Assembly (NCBI GenBank): GCA_963976765.1
Contig: CAXBME010000011.1
Span: 186,001-233,493, forward strand
Direction: 5' to 3'
DNA: 47,493 nucleotides
Source of the DNA: an uncultured Planctomycetaceae bacterium
GTDB lineage: Bacteria; Planctomycetota; Planctomycetia; Planctomycetales; Planctomycetaceae
Both the position numbers and the translations under genes were made by a program. Positions 19,953 through 29,111 of this stretch are shown piece after piece. The notes below the pieces were generated by a model. That model had not been told where the DNA came from. It was given only the letters and a program-made list of their open reading frames with translations, and ran no database searches. Numbering within the stretch: the first letter of the stretch is position 1; the number at the start of each line of letters is the position of its first letter.

Positions 19953-20413
19953 AGTCTCAGCAGGCTCAACGCAGACCAGTTCGTCAAGGGACGACACTGC
20001 TTGAACTCGTTGCCGCTTCAACAGTAATTGCCGTCACGCTGGTCCCTGCCCTGCGGATCATGCGGGACAGCCTTCGAGTTTCCCGTCAGCTGGAAGTTCG
20101 CGAAGCCATGGCCACGATCGCCATGTCGGTCCTTGAGCAGGAATCTGCCGGTGTTTCAGGACGCTGGATAATGCAGACAAGAACGCATCGCCAGCCAGGT
20201 CGAGACTCCGGCTACCCGTCGGTCGTTGCCGTGTCGACCACCACTGATTCGGTCGCTACAGGCGGAATTCCTGGTTCGCTGGCAGTCGTCAGAGTAACCG
20301 CTTTTGAAGACACTAACCGAACCGGGAGCCTTGATAACAACGAACCTTCAATCACTTTCGCGACGAAGATTGCCGGGTTAACCAGTTACCGTTTCGAGGC
20401 ACAGGGATCATGA
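19949..20413 (+). CDS. Minor pilin, GspI/PilV-like position
   Basis: RQG|TTLLELVAAS; ATGA overlap with the upstream gene. Confidence 0.75.
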   Translation: MKSQQAQRRPVRQGTTLLELVAASTVIAVTLVPALRIMRDSLRVSRQLEVREAMATIAMSVLEQESAGVSGRWIMQTRTHRQPGRDSGYPSVVAVSTTTDSVATGGIPGSLAVVRVTAFEDTNRTGSLDNNEPSITFATKIAGLTSYRFEAQGS

Positions 20414-20964
20414 ATCGTGGAACAGGCCAGAAGATTCGCAGCGGTTTCTCGCTGCTCGAAATGATTATCGCGATGACGCTGTTGTCGCTGGTGATGTCCG
20501 CCGTTTCCGTTGTACTTCGGACCGCGCGAGATGCATGGGATGCTCATGAATCTGACAGCGTGCGACTTCGAACCGCCCACGCCTCTGTTCGACATATCGT
20601 GCGATCTGCCCGCGAAGCCAGCGAAATCGTCAACATCACCACTGGCGTCACGTCGAATGCTCGACTGACGATTCGTCTGACGGATGGCGACACGCTGACA
20701 TGGCAGCATGATTCCAGACAGAAAACCATTTCGTTGACGCAGACAAGCGTCTCCAGCATTCCGACAGTCATCGCTGAGAATGTTGAAACGCTCGAGTTTG
20801 TTCCGTACCGCATTGACGGGGGAGTATTCACCTCAAATCTGATCGATCGAGCACAGGAGATCGAAGTGCGAGTTGGTGTTCTGCTTCCTCATGAAACACC
20901 AGTCCTTCGCCAGGCGGCAGCGAGAGTCTGGCTTCGTCCGTTTGGAAGGAATCGGCCTGCTTAA
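20410..20964 (+). CDS. Minor pilin, GspJ/PilW-like
   Basis: RSG|FSLLEMIIAMTLL; ATGA overlap with the upstream gene. Confidence 0.8.
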   Translation: MNRGTGQKIRSGFSLLEMIIAMTLLSLVMSAVSVVLRTARDAWDAHESDSVRLRTAHASVRHIVRSAREASEIVNITTGVTSNARLTIRLTDGDTLTWQHDSRQKTISLTQTSVSSIPTVIAENVETLEFVPYRIDGGVFTSNLIDRAQEIEVRVGVLLPHETPVLRQAAARVWLRPFGRNRPA

Positions 20965-21058
20965 ACCAGTTTCATGCTTTCCATGCAGAAGCTGGCCTCC
21001 GGAATAGCCATTGTTTCCTTTGTGATCTCCTGCAGAACACCGAAAACGAATTCTGAGA

Positions 21059-21493
21059 GTGCTCCAGATGATCAGAAACCATCCAATCTGTCATGCAGTT
21101 TCGGCGGCAAGCCCCCGACGGCTCGAAAACGCGCAACGAGCGCGTCGAGGCGCAGCGCTGCTCGCCTCCATGTTCGTCATGTCGGCAGTTTCGATGATCG
21201 TCATCGGGATTCTGCAAACTGAAACAGTTCAGTTCGCCGCACTTAGAAACACGATCGACTACGACCGCGCGCGATATCTGGCCGAGGCCGGGATGAACCA
21301 CGCGCTCTCCACACTCGAAACGGACATTTCGTGGCGGGGAACAATCAGAAGAACCGAATTCCCCGCCAACAGCGGTGAATATTACACAGCACTCGCCGTG
21401 GACGGCCCCAGTGGTACGGTTCAGGTTATCGGGGTTGGTGAAGCCGGAAGTTTCTCCAGAACGGTTCAGGTTAACGTCAAACAGGGTGGCTGA
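21059..21493 (+). CDS. Short minor pilin, PilX/GspK-like
   Basis: RRG|AALLASMFV lacks Glu5, as is typical of PilX/GspK; ARYLAEAGMNHA motif. Confidence 0.78.
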   Translation: MLQMIRNHPICHAVSAASPRRLENAQRARRGAALLASMFVMSAVSMIVIGILQTETVQFAALRNTIDYDRARYLAEAGMNHALSTLETDISWRGTIRRTEFPANSGEYYTALAVDGPSGTVQVIGVGEAGSFSRTVQVNVKQGG

Positions 21494-21593
21494 ATTCGAA
21501 AACAAATTACCAACGACATCCGGCGACAGACTCCTCCAAATTTAATTCGTATCGGGCAGGCCGTCGGGTGCTAACAGAAGACTGAGTACGGGC

Positions 21594-23210
21594 ATGGGAA
21601 CATCCAATAACAAGCAGTTCGAGCGAAAAGTCGCTATCGGGTTGACGAGCAACGACCTCACACTGCTGATCCTCGAAAAGTCTCTGAGCGGCGATATCAG
21701 CCGGGTGCGAGACCGACACCTGATCTGGCGTAAGGAAGCGGCGGACCTGCACAGCGAGCAGGGGCAGAAAGAGTTGACCAGTGCGCTGATTGATCTTGCG
21801 GGCACTGAAAAACTTCAGGGCGTCCCGATTCACATTGCATTAAGCAGCGACCTTTGCGTCACTCGCGTCATCTCTGGTGAGAATGATCACGTCCGGCAGG
21901 AGCTACATGAACTGATCGAAAGAAGCAGCGGCTATCTGTCACTGGGTGTTGGCGACAAGCTGACCGCCGTCAGCGAGGCCGCGATCGACGCTCGTCGGAG
22001 ACACGTCTGGGTCACCGTGGCCAATCGCGCGATCATGGAAGCGCTCGACGACGCATTTGAAGCCGCTCGTCTGAAAGTTGTCCGCATCGAACATTCACTG
22101 GCGGCTCTCAGCCGGGTTGTGCAGGCCACAGGCGACGATGCAGACGCCCCTGTTATCGTGATCGACGTTGCCGACAGCGGCGTCGATGTTGGGATTTCTT
22201 ATAACGGACAGCTGCTGCTCGACTATCGGCCTTCCGGAAGCAATGCCAAGGACAGCGTTGGAGTCATCATTGCCCGGCACACGAAACGTCTGCAGCGCTA
22301 TATCGACCGGTTACTGAGAGGAAAATCTCCAATCAGTCGCGTCTGTCTTTGCGGGAAAACCGAAGACGTCGGCAACGTCCGGGAACAACTTGAGAAACTT
22401 GAAGAAGCGGGCGAGATCACGCTACGACTGCTGACACCAGGTAACGTCCCCACGGGATGGGATCTCACCGACGAAGCCGCCAACGATTCCAGTCTGACCG
22501 CTGACCTGGGGATTCTGCTGGAACAAACGGCAGGCTCGATTGCCAACGAGTATCCAAACCTGCTGGACCCGCTGCGTGAATCTCGACGCCGCCCGATTCT
22601 CAAACCGCTACTTCGGATGGGCTGGCCAATCCTGGCAACAATCGCTGCTTCAATCCTTGTGTGGTCGGTCACGCTTTTTGAAGCCATCGAAACGAAGATC
22701 TTTGAATCTCAACTGACCAGCCTTGAAGAAGACGTTGAACGCGTGAATCGGCTGCACCAGGAGGCAGTCATCGCCCGATCTCGAGTCGCCCATCTACAAC
22801 GCATCGCCGACAGCCTGGAAATGCGTCCCTGGGACCAACTGATTCAACGCGTCGGTCAAAGCCTCCCGCGAGGTGTCTGGCTGGAATCCATCCAGGTGGA
22901 CCGGGCCGGAAACGTCACGATCGGTGGAACAAGCCATTCCGAAGATGGACTGTTTGAGCTGGTCGAGTATCTGCGAAAAGTCCCCGACCTTTGGCGAGTT
23001 GCTCTGGAGAGTACCCAGCAGAATCATCTGGAAAGTGGCCCGGCCACCCAGTTCGCCCTGAGCGCGTCGATCCACCCAGTTCAGGTGGCCTCTCGTTTTG
23101 ACGAAGGGATCGGTTCCGATGTCCGTATCGTGTGGTTGCCGGATGACTCAACACTTTCCAACCCCGGCGACAAAACAACAGCCGAACGAAATCGTAATCC
23201 CATTCGCTGA
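21594..23210 (+). CDS. PilM-like plus PilN-like fusion (alignment subcomplex)
   Basis: N-terminal actin-like pattern (VAIGL..., VIVIDVADSGVDVGI, RVCLCG), then one transmembrane segment, a coiled coil and a PilN-like LPRGVWLESI...VTIGG. Confidence 0.7.
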   Translation: MGTSNNKQFERKVAIGLTSNDLTLLILEKSLSGDISRVRDRHLIWRKEAADLHSEQGQKELTSALIDLAGTEKLQGVPIHIALSSDLCVTRVISGENDHVRQELHELIERSSGYLSLGVGDKLTAVSEAAIDARRRHVWVTVANRAIMEALDDAFEAARLKVVRIEHSLAALSRVVQATGDDADAPVIVIDVADSGVDVGISYNGQLLLDYRPSGSNAKDSVGVIIARHTKRLQRYIDRLLRGKSPISRVCLCGKTEDVGNVREQLEKLEEAGEITLRLLTPGNVPTGWDLTDEAANDSSLTADLGILLEQTAGSIANEYPNLLDPLRESRRRPILKPLLRMGWPILATIAASILVWSVTLFEAIETKIFESQLTSLEEDVERVNRLHQEAVIARSRVAHLQRIADSLEMRPWDQLIQRVGQSLPRGVWLESIQVDRAGNVTIGGTSHSEDGLFELVEYLRKVPDLWRVALESTQQNHLESGPATQFALSASIHPVQVASRFDEGIGSDVRIVWLPDDSTLSNPGDKTTAERNRNPIR

Positions 23211-23305
23211 ACCATTTGACGGAAACCTGCAACGACCAGACAGCAGATCCATCGTTAGTGAAAACAGAACCACGGGGATATCCCTCCCCGGAGGACGACA
23301 CCGCC

Positions 23306-23938
23306 ATGAATAACCCGCCCATTGAGAGGCTTATCACTCACCCGCGTCGCGGATGGATCGTCACGACCGCTACGCTTGTGACAGGTCTGTTATTCCTTCT
23401 GCCAGCGATCGATTCATACAACCTTGAGAAAGCACGTCTCGACGAAATATGTGTTGAACTCGACAAAAGCCGCACAGAGATCACTCGGTTTGAGTCGTGG
23501 CAACATCGCATCGAAGAACAGGGAGAACTTCTTAAACAGCTCGAAGCTCGCGCCTTCATCGGTCCACAGGTCGAAGCGTTCAGAACAGAACTGGTCGACT
23601 TGATTCGTAAGTCAGACTGCACGATGCGGAGAGTTCGTCTGAGTGAACCAAGTTATCGCGGATGGCTGGCCGAGAACGACGATCCGTTGCTCGATCAACC
23701 GCCTCATAACGCTGAGGGAGAGACTCCCTACTTCCTGGAAACCCGTCATCTGGCTTTGTCGGTCGAGGGGGCGCTCGACCGAATTCAAGAGCTTCTTGGC
23801 GAGCTTCACGCAACAGATCGACTCGTCCATTCGGCGTCAATGAGCATCCGTCGGGCAGACGGAGGCTCTAACAACGTTTCGCTCGACATCGATCTGGTGC
23901 TGTTCAATCTGCTGCTGAAATCTGCTGTCGAAACGTGA
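23306..23938 (+). CDS. PilO/GspM-like protein
   Basis: Transmembrane segment, coiled coil and ferredoxin-like C-terminus (LSVEGAL...LLGELH); located between the PilMN fusion and the secretin. ATG 23306 follows GGAGGA. Confidence 0.6.
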   Translation: MNNPPIERLITHPRRGWIVTTATLVTGLLFLLPAIDSYNLEKARLDEICVELDKSRTEITRFESWQHRIEEQGELLKQLEARAFIGPQVEAFRTELVDLIRKSDCTMRRVRLSEPSYRGWLAENDDPLLDQPPHNAEGETPYFLETRHLALSVEGALDRIQELLGELHATDRLVHSASMSIRRADGGSNNVSLDIDLVLFNLLLKSAVET

Positions 23939-23973
23939 GGAGCGGGTTGGCTCTAACCCGCATGGAGGGGGCA

Positions 23974-26580
23974 ATGAGAACCTGCATCGACGAAAAATGC
24001 GAACCAGCAAATCGATGTCCGTCGCCATTAAAAATCCTGACCGTTCTCGTCGCGCTGAGTGGAATCATTGCTTTGCCCGAACTGGCGACTTCCCAGGAAT
24101 CTGACAAGGTTTCCGACTCGCTGCCAGGCCAGAACCTGACCGCCATGCTGGAAACTCCCGGCAGTCTGACGTTGCGGGATGCCACGCTGACGGAAGCTCT
24201 TTTCGCTCTGCGTGAGCAGTGGCACATCGACATGGTTGTCGCGGACAACGTCGAAGGAAACGTCAACGCCACGTTCTCTTCCACATCGCTCCGCGAGATT
24301 CTTGACTCACTTCTCCTGAGTCGCGGCTACGGCTACCGCGTGCTGGGAAACAGCATCGTGGTCCTGCCGCTCGACCAGCTAGGCGCGCTGAAGCCGCTCT
24401 TCAAGTCGCAGATGATCCCCCTGGAACATGTTGACCCCGATGAACTTCTCAGTGTCGTTGAGCTGTTGCTTTCACCAGAGGGCAAAGCACTTTCTATCCG
24501 ATCGGCAAAGAGCATCATGGTGCTGGACTATCCGGACCGGACGGCAATGATTCGAAAGCAGATCGAGGAACTGGATGCGAAAGCGAAATCCAGTTTTCCG
24601 ACCAGGCCAGCAGGAACGTCATCAACCGGCGGCTCAACACCGTTGATCAGCACGCCGTCAGTACCGACTCCAGACATCTCGTTCCCACAACCACGTGAAC
24701 GCCAGCCCGATCCGTTCTCGAATCCTTCGCCCACGTCGACCGCTCGCCCACAGAATCCGGCGCCTGCTTCAAAAGCCGGTGAGGATACCATCGACGATTC
24801 AACTGTCGAACTGGACGTCCGCGTATTTCGTCCTCAGTACGTCACGGTCCAGACACTACTTCCGGCCATCGAAAGCCTGCTCAGTCGCAACGGACGCACA
24901 GCCGTTCTCGAAAAAGAAGACCAGGTCGTCGTGGCCGATGTGAAGGGGCAGATCGATGTCATTGAGGAAGCCATTCTGGCGCTCGACCGCCCCCGTCCTC
25001 AGGTTCGGATCTGGGCCATGATTTACGACTGCGGGCTGGAAGATGTCGAGCGGATCGGAGTCAACTGGAACGCTCGATTCTTCGGCCGTTCAGTTCGAAC
25101 CGACGGAACCCCAGCCGACCAGATCGGTCTCAGCTCGCTGACCGCAGTCGCTCCCGCAATGGGAGTTCCCAACGGAGCCTTGACGCTGGCGACGCTGGGT
25201 TCCAACGTCGAAGTGAGCGCGATCATCAACGCACTCAACACGTCGTCAGACTCAAAGCTGCTGGCCGATCCAAATGTCGTCGCGGCCAATCACGAATCCG
25301 CGAAAATCGAAATCGTCACCGAGATCCCCTACCAGCAGCTGACAGAAGGTCTCGAAGGCGGTTCGATCGGTACGACCGCATTTCGAGAAGCTGGCGTCAC
25401 CCTGGAAGTCACTCCGCACATTGCTCGCGATGACACAATTTCCCTGGCGATCAACCCGAAGTTCAGCGTCCTGGCCGGCTTCACCGAAAATGACGAACAG
25501 CCCATCATTGATCGCCGCGAGGCGAAAACAACTGTCCGGGTTCACAACGGCGAGACGTTTGTTCTGGGCGGACTTCGGCAGAGAACGAAGATTCAAAATC
25601 GATCCGGCATTCCGTATCTGAAAGATCGAAAATACATCGGCAAGCTTTTCCGATTCCAACAGGACACCTTCCGCGAAAGTGAGCTTCTGGTCTTCATCAC
25701 TCCTCAGATAATCGCACCTTCCGCTCCAAGAACGCTGCGTGAGGATATCGCGTCGGACTTCATCAACGAAGAGCTGGACTGCAACCGTCGCGCCCCCGGA
25801 GTTTGCTGGCCATGCACCAACGACGATGTCTGGAAATCCGGCGGCCCACGGAATCTGAATAATCCGTTGACCACTCGCGTTCACTCAGCTGCGCCGGATG
25901 TTTCGCCGGACATGCTGCCATCAGAAATTTCCCCTCTCATCGAATCAGGAAGCCCCACAGCCAACATCGACCAGCCACCATTCAGTGACTTCTATGACGA
26001 ACCCGTTGACCAGTCGGCGCCAACATCGTCCCGAAGTGCCGACTCCAGAGAATTCATCGTGCGCCCCGCGATTGCTGGCCAGGCGGCTGCCAACAGCACG
26101 GTCACTCAGAACACAAAGCTTCCACTGACGATGCGTTTGAAGAATGCCCTGCGAGTCCCAAACACTCAAGCTGCCAGCCAGCCAGCAGCCCCAGGGTTCG
26201 GGCTTCCCGCCATCGGAAGTCCAGGCGGCGCAACCAGCCCGCCTGGTCTGGACCTGAATCAACTACTCAACCTGTTGCCCATGAGCGGCCAGAAGGATGG
26301 AAGGCCACAAATATCAAAACCAGAGCCGACAGAGAGGCCGATTCGTCTACTTCGATTTCTGAAGCCTTCTTCAGCAGCCGGAAAGGTTACGATCCCTCGG
26401 CTGCAAGCACCGACTCTCAGCGATGATTACTCGGACCAGCTTTTCACCAACAAAGCTGTTTCAGTTGTCAACGATTCGGAGGCACAGCCTACAGGCGTCG
26501 GAAAGGTCCGAATCGGGGAACTTCGCAACAGTGACATCCCGGTTTTTGACGACGATCCTGGCCATCCGCAGCGATCATAA
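23974..26580 (+). CDS. Secretin (GspD/PilQ family) with a long low-complexity C-terminal extension
   Basis: N0/N3 domains, LDRPRPQVRIWAMI, LLADPNVV, FREAGVTLEVTPHI, ETFVLGGL, SGIPYLKD and SELLVFITPQII. ATG 23974 follows GGAGGGG. Confidence 0.92.
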   Translation: MRTCIDEKCEPANRCPSPLKILTVLVALSGIIALPELATSQESDKVSDSLPGQNLTAMLETPGSLTLRDATLTEALFALREQWHIDMVVADNVEGNVNATFSSTSLREILDSLLLSRGYGYRVLGNSIVVLPLDQLGALKPLFKSQMIPLEHVDPDELLSVVELLLSPEGKALSIRSAKSIMVLDYPDRTAMIRKQIEELDAKAKSSFPTRPAGTSSTGGSTPLISTPSVPTPDISFPQPRERQPDPFSNPSPTSTARPQNPAPASKAGEDTIDDSTVELDVRVFRPQYVTVQTLLPAIESLLSRNGRTAVLEKEDQVVVADVKGQIDVIEEAILALDRPRPQVRIWAMIYDCGLEDVERIGVNWNARFFGRSVRTDGTPADQIGLSSLTAVAPAMGVPNGALTLATLGSNVEVSAIINALNTSSDSKLLADPNVVAANHESAKIEIVTEIPYQQLTEGLEGGSIGTTAFREAGVTLEVTPHIARDDTISLAINPKFSVLAGFTENDEQPIIDRREAKTTVRVHNGETFVLGGLRQRTKIQNRSGIPYLKDRKYIGKLFRFQQDTFRESELLVFITPQIIAPSAPRTLREDIASDFINEELDCNRRAPGVCWPCTNDDVWKSGGPRNLNNPLTTRVHSAAPDVSPDMLPSEISPLIESGSPTANIDQPPFSDFYDEPVDQSAPTSSRSADSREFIVRPAIAGQAAANSTVTQNTKLPLTMRLKNALRVPNTQAASQPAAPGFGLPAIGSPGGATSPPGLDLNQLLNLLPMSGQKDGRPQISKPEPTERPIRLLRFLKPSSAAGKVTIPRLQAPTLSDDYSDQLFTNKAVSVVNDSEAQPTGVGKVRIGELRNSDIPVFDDDPGHPQRS

Positions 26581-26597
26581 CGACGACGTGCAACGAT

Positions 26598-27056
26598 TCA
26601 TCGGTCGAGTTCAAGTGGTGAATTCACGCGTCCCCGAGTCAGCATTTGCGTCCGCAGTTCGCCCAAAGCCATTCGGTACCGGCGAACGAGTGCCAGCTTC
26701 CGTGCGGCTTCTGCTTCGTCGCGACGCGATGCCAGCAACGAGTTTTCGGCATGCTTGATCGCCGTCCGGGCGGCGTCTGTAAATCGCAGTCGCTCGTAGC
26801 TCTTCGTTCGAAGTTCCCAGAACTCGACGTCTGCGCGAGCCTGGTCAATCTGCACCTGTAGCCGCTGAACAAGCAACGGATATTCAATTCTGCCCCAGAC
26901 CGTCTGAGCCGTCGATCCAGTTTGAACAGAGCGGTTGATTGATCGAATTCGGAGCGGCTGAGAACTCCGCCACACGGCATCGTCCGCACCGACCACCTGA
27001 AATCCCGTTACCAGCAGAGTCAACGCAAAGGCCATCGTTCTGAGCATCTGCATCAT
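26598..27056 (-). CDS. Hypothetical secreted coiled-coil protein
   Basis: Signal-peptide-like N-terminus, GAGAGG RBS and a helical body; convergent with the secretin. Confidence 0.6.
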   Translation of the reverse strand: MMQMLRTMAFALTLLVTGFQVVGADDAVWRSSQPLRIRSINRSVQTGSTAQTVWGRIEYPLLVQRLQVQIDQARADVEFWELRTKSYERLRFTDAARTAIKHAENSLLASRRDEAEAARKLALVRRYRMALGELRTQMLTRGRVNSPLELDR

Positions 27057-27555
27057 TGATCCTCTCTTTCAGAGTTAGACCCCCAAACTGTGAGACGCCC
27101 TGCCAGCCGTTCGCAAGACCTGAATCCGCTCCGCGACGCAAGAGTCGGCTGACATCAGGTGTCTCCTGACTATCCCATCCGTGCTGTCGTCAGCTTTGTT
27201 GCTGCGCGACCGCGCATGCTGTTGCCGCATCGGAACCCCTGCGAACAATCCGCAATTCCGCTTCGCATCATCCCGATGCGGAATCGCCCCGATGCCAACC
27301 CGTCAAACAGTAACCCGCAAATGATTTATCCAGGATCATCACTGACCTGATATGGAGCAATCTTTCGGCGGCCTGAAACCAGCCCCGCGCAGTCCCGGCT
27401 TTCGAAGCGGTCTCGGAACTGAATTTTCACGCTGAATTACCAGCACGGATCGAACCTGCTTGCTTTCCGTTCCGGACAGCGGCCAGTTATTCTTCGCGCC
27501 GACCGAGCCGTCATCGATTCCCGCGGCTCGACTACTTTCCCCGAAGGACGGCTCG

Positions 27556-29049
27556 ATGAAAACACGACTCACGATCCTGGCATGTGTCGTCTGGTTTGCC
27601 GGGCAGTCATTCGAATTGACGAGTGCTGCCGACAGCCGACCAAACGTGCTGTTGATCCTGGTTGATGATCTCAAGCCATCATTCGGCGCCTACGGCGACG
27701 ACTGGGTGCATTCGCCGAACCTTGATCAACTGGCTGCTCGCGGAATGCGATTCGACATGGCCTATTGCAACCAGGCAGTCTGTGCGCCGTCGCGAAATAA
27801 TCTGCTGCTTGGTTCCCGGTCAACATCGATCGGTGTTTACAGCCTCGGGCAACATTTTCGGACTGCCGTCCCCGATGCCGTGACCATGCCACAATATTTC
27901 AAGCAGCATGGGTATCACTCAGCAGGTATCGGCAAGGTGTTTCACATCGGGCACGGAAACATCAACGACGTCCATTCGTGGAGCGTCCCGTTTCAGCCGG
28001 ACAAAGTCATCGACTATGTGCTTCCTGAAAGTACCGGTGGTAAGCTGACTCGCGAAGAGGCGCTCTTCAGCAACAAATCCAAAGAAGGGCTTCCCATGGG
28101 AGCCGCCTGGGAGATCGCTGATGTCGACGACGATGCCTACGCCGACGGTCGCATCGCTGCCGAAGGTATCAAACGGCTGAATGAGTATAAAAAATCGGAC
28201 GAACCGTTCTTCCTCGCGCTCGGCTTCACCAAACCGCATTTACCGTTCTGCGCTCCGCGGAAGTACTGGGATCTCTACGACCGCTCACAACTTCCGATGG
28301 CCGAGTACACACTGCCGCCCGTCGGAGCTCCAGCCTACGCGGGCAAGACGATCGGCGAGTTGAATCAGTACAAGCCGGTCCCCCAGAATCCGCCGCTCAG
28401 TGAAGAGCTGCAGCGAACGTTGATTCACGGTTATTACGCTTCGATGAGCTATATGGATTCTCAGGTCGGGCGCGTGCTGGCTGAAGTCGACAGCCTGGGT
28501 CTCGACAAAAACACCATCATCGTGCTGTGGGGGGACCACGGTTACCACCTGGGAGATCATGGAACCTGGACCAAGCACACCAACTACGAACAGGCCAACC
28601 GAATTCCCATCGTCGTCGTTGCCCCACAAATCACAAAGCCTGGTTTGAGTTCCAGTGCTCTGATCGAAACCGTCGACCTGTTCCCGACGATCGTCGAGCT
28701 TGCCGGGCTCCCTGCTCCGCAAGGGCCACAACCTATCGATGGTGACAGCTTCGTACCGATTCTTAGAGGCGACAATTCAGACATCGGCGAATACGATTAT
28801 CACTGCTTCCCCAGGGGCAACCGACTCGGTCGAGCGATCCGAACCAGCCGCTTCCGGCTCGTTGAATGGAAACTGCTGAACGGCAACGCAGAGCCCCAGT
28901 ACGAACTCTACGACTACCACACCGACCCTCACGAAATGAAGAACCTGGTCAGTGAATTGCCAGACGTCGCCAGGAAGCTGACCGCAATTCTCGCCAGTCA
29001 GCCAGCGGCAGTCACCACTAAGAACTCACGCCGTCGCCCAACAAAATAA
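27556..29049 (+). CDS. Sulfatase (S1 family, iduronate/choline sulfatase-like)
   Basis: PNVLLILVDDL, FGly motif CAPSR, GKVFH, KPHLPF and WGDHGYHLG; signal peptide from ATG 27556. Confidence 0.92.
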   Translation: MKTRLTILACVVWFAGQSFELTSAADSRPNVLLILVDDLKPSFGAYGDDWVHSPNLDQLAARGMRFDMAYCNQAVCAPSRNNLLLGSRSTSIGVYSLGQHFRTAVPDAVTMPQYFKQHGYHSAGIGKVFHIGHGNINDVHSWSVPFQPDKVIDYVLPESTGGKLTREEALFSNKSKEGLPMGAAWEIADVDDDAYADGRIAAEGIKRLNEYKKSDEPFFLALGFTKPHLPFCAPRKYWDLYDRSQLPMAEYTLPPVGAPAYAGKTIGELNQYKPVPQNPPLSEELQRTLIHGYYASMSYMDSQVGRVLAEVDSLGLDKNTIIVLWGDHGYHLGDHGTWTKHTNYEQANRIPIVVVAPQITKPGLSSSALIETVDLFPTIVELAGLPAPQGPQPIDGDSFVPILRGDNSDIGEYDYHCFPRGNRLGRAIRTSRFRLVEWKLLNGNAEPQYELYDYHTDPHEMKNLVSELPDVARKLTAILASQPAAVTTKNSRRRPTK

Positions 29050-29111
29050 AATCTTCGTCGCACTGAAGTCTCCCCTTCCGCACAATTTTCATAACTACTC
29101 GGGAACCAAAC

